The position numbers and the translations under genes were made by a program. Positions 61,566-64,000 of a stretch of 64,000 nucleotides of DNA are shown here, in pieces. The stretch covers positions 3,513-67,512 of the forward strand of contig URCH01000006.1 in assembly GCA_900546275.1 (NCBI GenBank), in the 5' to 3' direction. This DNA is from an uncultured Mycoplasmatota bacterium. Lineage in GTDB: Bacteria > Bacillota_I > Bacilli_A > RF39 > UBA660. Numbering within the stretch: the first letter of the stretch is position 1; each line of letters begins with the position of its first letter. The notes beneath the pieces are model-generated. The model was given only the letters and a program-made list of their open reading frames with translations, had not been told where the DNA came from and searched no databases.

Positions 61566-62759
61566 TTATTTATCATGTGACAATAGTTTTGCTTTTTTTA
61601 ATATGTTATTACCGTATTTTGTTTTTAAATTATCAATTGTTTTATCTAATTTTTCATTTTTACTTTTTTTATTAAAGTCATCGAATATTGATGCCTGATA
61701 ATTAAATGATGAAGTTAAATTATCAAGTCTTATTCCTATCAATCTAACTGGTATATCTCTCCACATTTCATTTAATATTTTAATTGAAGTTTCATAAATT
61801 TCATTTGTTGAATTTATTGGATTAGTTAATTTTATTTGATGACTATATTTTTTAAAATAAACATCTTTTACAACTACAACTACTACGTATGCATATTTAT
61901 TTAAATTTCTTAGTCTTAAACCAACCTTTTCTGATAAATATAATAATTTATCATATAGTTCTTCTTTATTATAAATATCATGATTTAGTGTTATTTCGTT
62001 TCCTATTCCTTTGTTTTCTGGTGGTATACTATTTACTATTTGGTTATTTATACCATTAGCACTTTCTATCATTTGCTTAGCTTGATTCTTAAAATATTTG
62101 TATAAAAATGTATAATCTGCTTTAGCTAAATCTTCTATTGTGTTTATATTTATTTTTTTTAATTTTATTTTTGTTTGTTTTCCAATTCCAAATAAATCTC
62201 CAACATCAAGTGGCCACATCTTAGTTTTTACTTCATTATCATATAGGGTATGTATTTTATTAGGTTTTGTAAAATCTGATGCCATTTTCGCACATAATTT
62301 ATTATTTGCTATTCCTATATTTACTGTAAATCCTAATTTTTCATATATTTCTTTTTGAATTTTTTTTGCGAAATCTAATTCGTTTCCATATAGTTTTTTT
62401 ACTGATGTATAATCTAAGTAACATTCATCTATAGATGCCACTTCTATATCTGATGTATAATTTTTTAATAGCTCAAATAATTTATTTGACATTTCTTTGT
62501 AAAAATCATATTGCATAGGATAAGTTTTTAATACCCTACATTTTTTTCGTGCACTGTAAAGTGTTTCACCTGTTACTATGCCAAGTTTTTTTGCCGGTGT
62601 AGATTTAGCTAAAACTATTCCTCTTCTTGTTTCCTCATCTCCACCTATTACTGCATAGCTATTTCTTATATCATATTTATATCCATTATTTAAAAGGTAA
62701 ATTGCACTCCATGATAAAAAAGCATTGTTAACATCTATATGTAATATTACTCTTTCCAT
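61566..62759 (-). CDS. Y-family translesion DNA polymerase (UmuC/UvrX/PolY-like)
   Basis: N-terminal HIDVNNAFLSWSA aligns with UmuC-type DxxxFYASVS; catalytic SIDECYLD motif; 397 aa. Confidence 0.8.
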   Translation of the reverse strand: MERVILHIDVNNAFLSWSAIYLLNNGYKYDIRNSYAVIGGDEETRRGIVLAKSTPAKKLGIVTGETLYSARKKCRVLKTYPMQYDFYKEMSNKLFELLKNYTSDIEVASIDECYLDYTSVKKLYGNELDFAKKIQKEIYEKLGFTVNIGIANNKLCAKMASDFTKPNKIHTLYDNEVKTKMWPLDVGDLFGIGKQTKIKLKKININTIEDLAKADYTFLYKYFKNQAKQMIESANGINNQIVNSIPPENKGIGNEITLNHDIYNKEELYDKLLYLSEKVGLRLRNLNKYAYVVVVVVKDVYFKKYSHQIKLTNPINSTNEIYETSIKILNEMWRDIPVRLIGIRLDNLTSSFNYQASIFDDFNKKSKNEKLDKTIDNLKTKYGNNILKKAKLLSHDK

Positions 62760-62825
62760 GAAATCATCTCCATATATAATTATAATACATTTGTTCGTAT
62801 TTTGACAATTAAAAACTTATAAATT

Positions 62826-63662
62826 TTAAACAATATTTATAAGTTCTATGATTATTCCAGAAATTACTCCTATTATATATACAAGGCCTAATATTTTTAA
62901 ATTTTCTTTTAAATTTTTGTTTACTTTAAAAAGTACTAATATAGCAACTCCACTTCCCGTTAATAAACCTGACATCATTGCTCCAAATGATATAACATTT
63001 CCTAAATATAGTTGTGTTATTACTACGCTTGAAGCACAATTTGGAATTAATCCTATTAAACTTGATAATATAGGACCTAACACTTTTTTTCTAAATATTA
63101 AATTTCCTAATGTATCTTCACCAACATAGTATATAATGGTATTTAATATAAAAGATATTATTATTATAAACAATGTAATATTTAATGTATGTTTTATTGT
63201 TGATATAAGTACACCATTTTTACAATTACAATGTTCTTCTTCACAAAAATCATGGATATGATTTTTTTCTTTTTTTCTAAATATTAAATCGATTATAAAA
63301 CCACTAATCATACCTATTAATATTTTTATACCTAATACTTTAATAATTAGCTTTATATCAACTCCTTCTGATATTAATAGTGGTAACATTTCATCTGAAG
63401 TTGATAAATATATAGATATAAGTGTTCCAAGAGTTATGATTCTTGTAGCATAAAAATTTGTTGCAGCAACGGAAAAACCACATTGTGGGAATGCACCTAA
63501 CATACTACCAATTATTGGACCAAATTTTCCTGATTTTTCTATTATTTTTTTATTCTTACCACTTAATTTATGTTCTAATAATTCTAGTATTAAAAAAGCT
63601 ATAAATAAAAAAGGGATTAGTTTTATTCCATCTAATAATGTATCAACAATCACATCTAACAT
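62826..63662 (-). CDS. Predicted permease with two internal repeats carrying PQCGFS / IPNCASS motifs
   Basis: ~8 TM helices; duplicated Cys-containing motifs; exact family not recognised by eye. Confidence 0.4.
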   Translation of the reverse strand: MLDVIVDTLLDGIKLIPFLFIAFLILELLEHKLSGKNKKIIEKSGKFGPIIGSMLGAFPQCGFSVAATNFYATRIITLGTLISIYLSTSDEMLPLLISEGVDIKLIIKVLGIKILIGMISGFIIDLIFRKKEKNHIHDFCEEEHCNCKNGVLISTIKHTLNITLFIIIISFILNTIIYYVGEDTLGNLIFRKKVLGPILSSLIGLIPNCASSVVITQLYLGNVISFGAMMSGLLTGSGVAILVLFKVNKNLKENLKILGLVYIIGVISGIIIELINIV

Positions 63663-64000
63663 ATTTTTTCCTCCAATTAAGTTTCAAACAATTATTTATA
63701 TTATACATAATTTTTTTAAAAAAATAAACAAAAAAAGTATCAACCATATCTAACAATGGGATACGATTAACAGTTTTTAGGACACAAAACTCCATAACAA
63801 CAAAATCATTTAAAAAATCATGTAAGATAATGCTTAATTTATGGCAATCATAAGACAGTGCAATAAATTAAAATAACTCCTATATAAACTGAAAACAATT
63901 AGACAATACCGCTATCTAACATTCAAATTCTGTGCTTAAATATTATATTCTTTAGGAACTAATACTCACCACCTATTTTAATTTTCTCGCGAAAAATAGG

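Noticed and set aside
61566-62759. Suspected catalytically dead Y-family polymerase (DVNNAF instead of DMDCFF)
   Set aside because: Aligns better with the UmuC/UvrX-type N-terminal motif (DxKSFYASVS), which also lacks the second Asp. SIDECYLD catalytic motif is intact.

Overview
A 64 kb chromosomal segment from a very AT-rich endospore-forming Firmicute (G+C is about a quarter by eye, not computed). Evidence for the lineage: cotE, gpr–spoIIP divergent from rpsT, a spoVS remnant, and a CIRCE-controlled groESL operon. About 70 of 75 CDS are on the minus strand. Left ~10 kb is accessory: a large serine recombinase truncated by the window edge, a VirD4/TraG coupling protein plus three small acidic proteins (an ICE remnant), cardiolipin synthase, a bile-salt-hydrolase family Ntn hydrolase, an rve-type IS transposase followed by an 11-bp tandem repeat, and an XRE regulator with palindromic operators. 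The core region holds hsp20, groESL, marR, a disrupted spoVS, cadCA, natAB-like ABC, rseP, cdsA, a KH protein, rpsP, cotE, a hybrid sensor kinase and an AMP-ligase. Best-supported unusual features: (1) a Bce-type module (RR–HK–ABC ATPase–FtsX permease) carrying three independent lesions: a (TA)6-tract frameshift in the kinase, an in-frame TAA in the ATPase, and a split permease. (2) Two giant proteins with canonical type IV prepilin leaders (G|FTLxE) fused to an FGE-sulfatase-like module (565 aa) and to GLUG repeats (1077 aa), with no pilus machinery in the window. (3) spoVS interrupted by an insertion that carries an intrinsic terminator. (4) A thioredoxin/cysteine-desulfurase/CcdA-like redox cluster. 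(5) Cys-less pseudo-EIIB and pseudo-thioredoxin proteins. (6) A long structured groESL leader with duplicated palindromes. No rRNA, tRNA or CRISPR was seen. An unannotated rpmG (L33) was found by eye. All family assignments rest on motif recognition without database searches.
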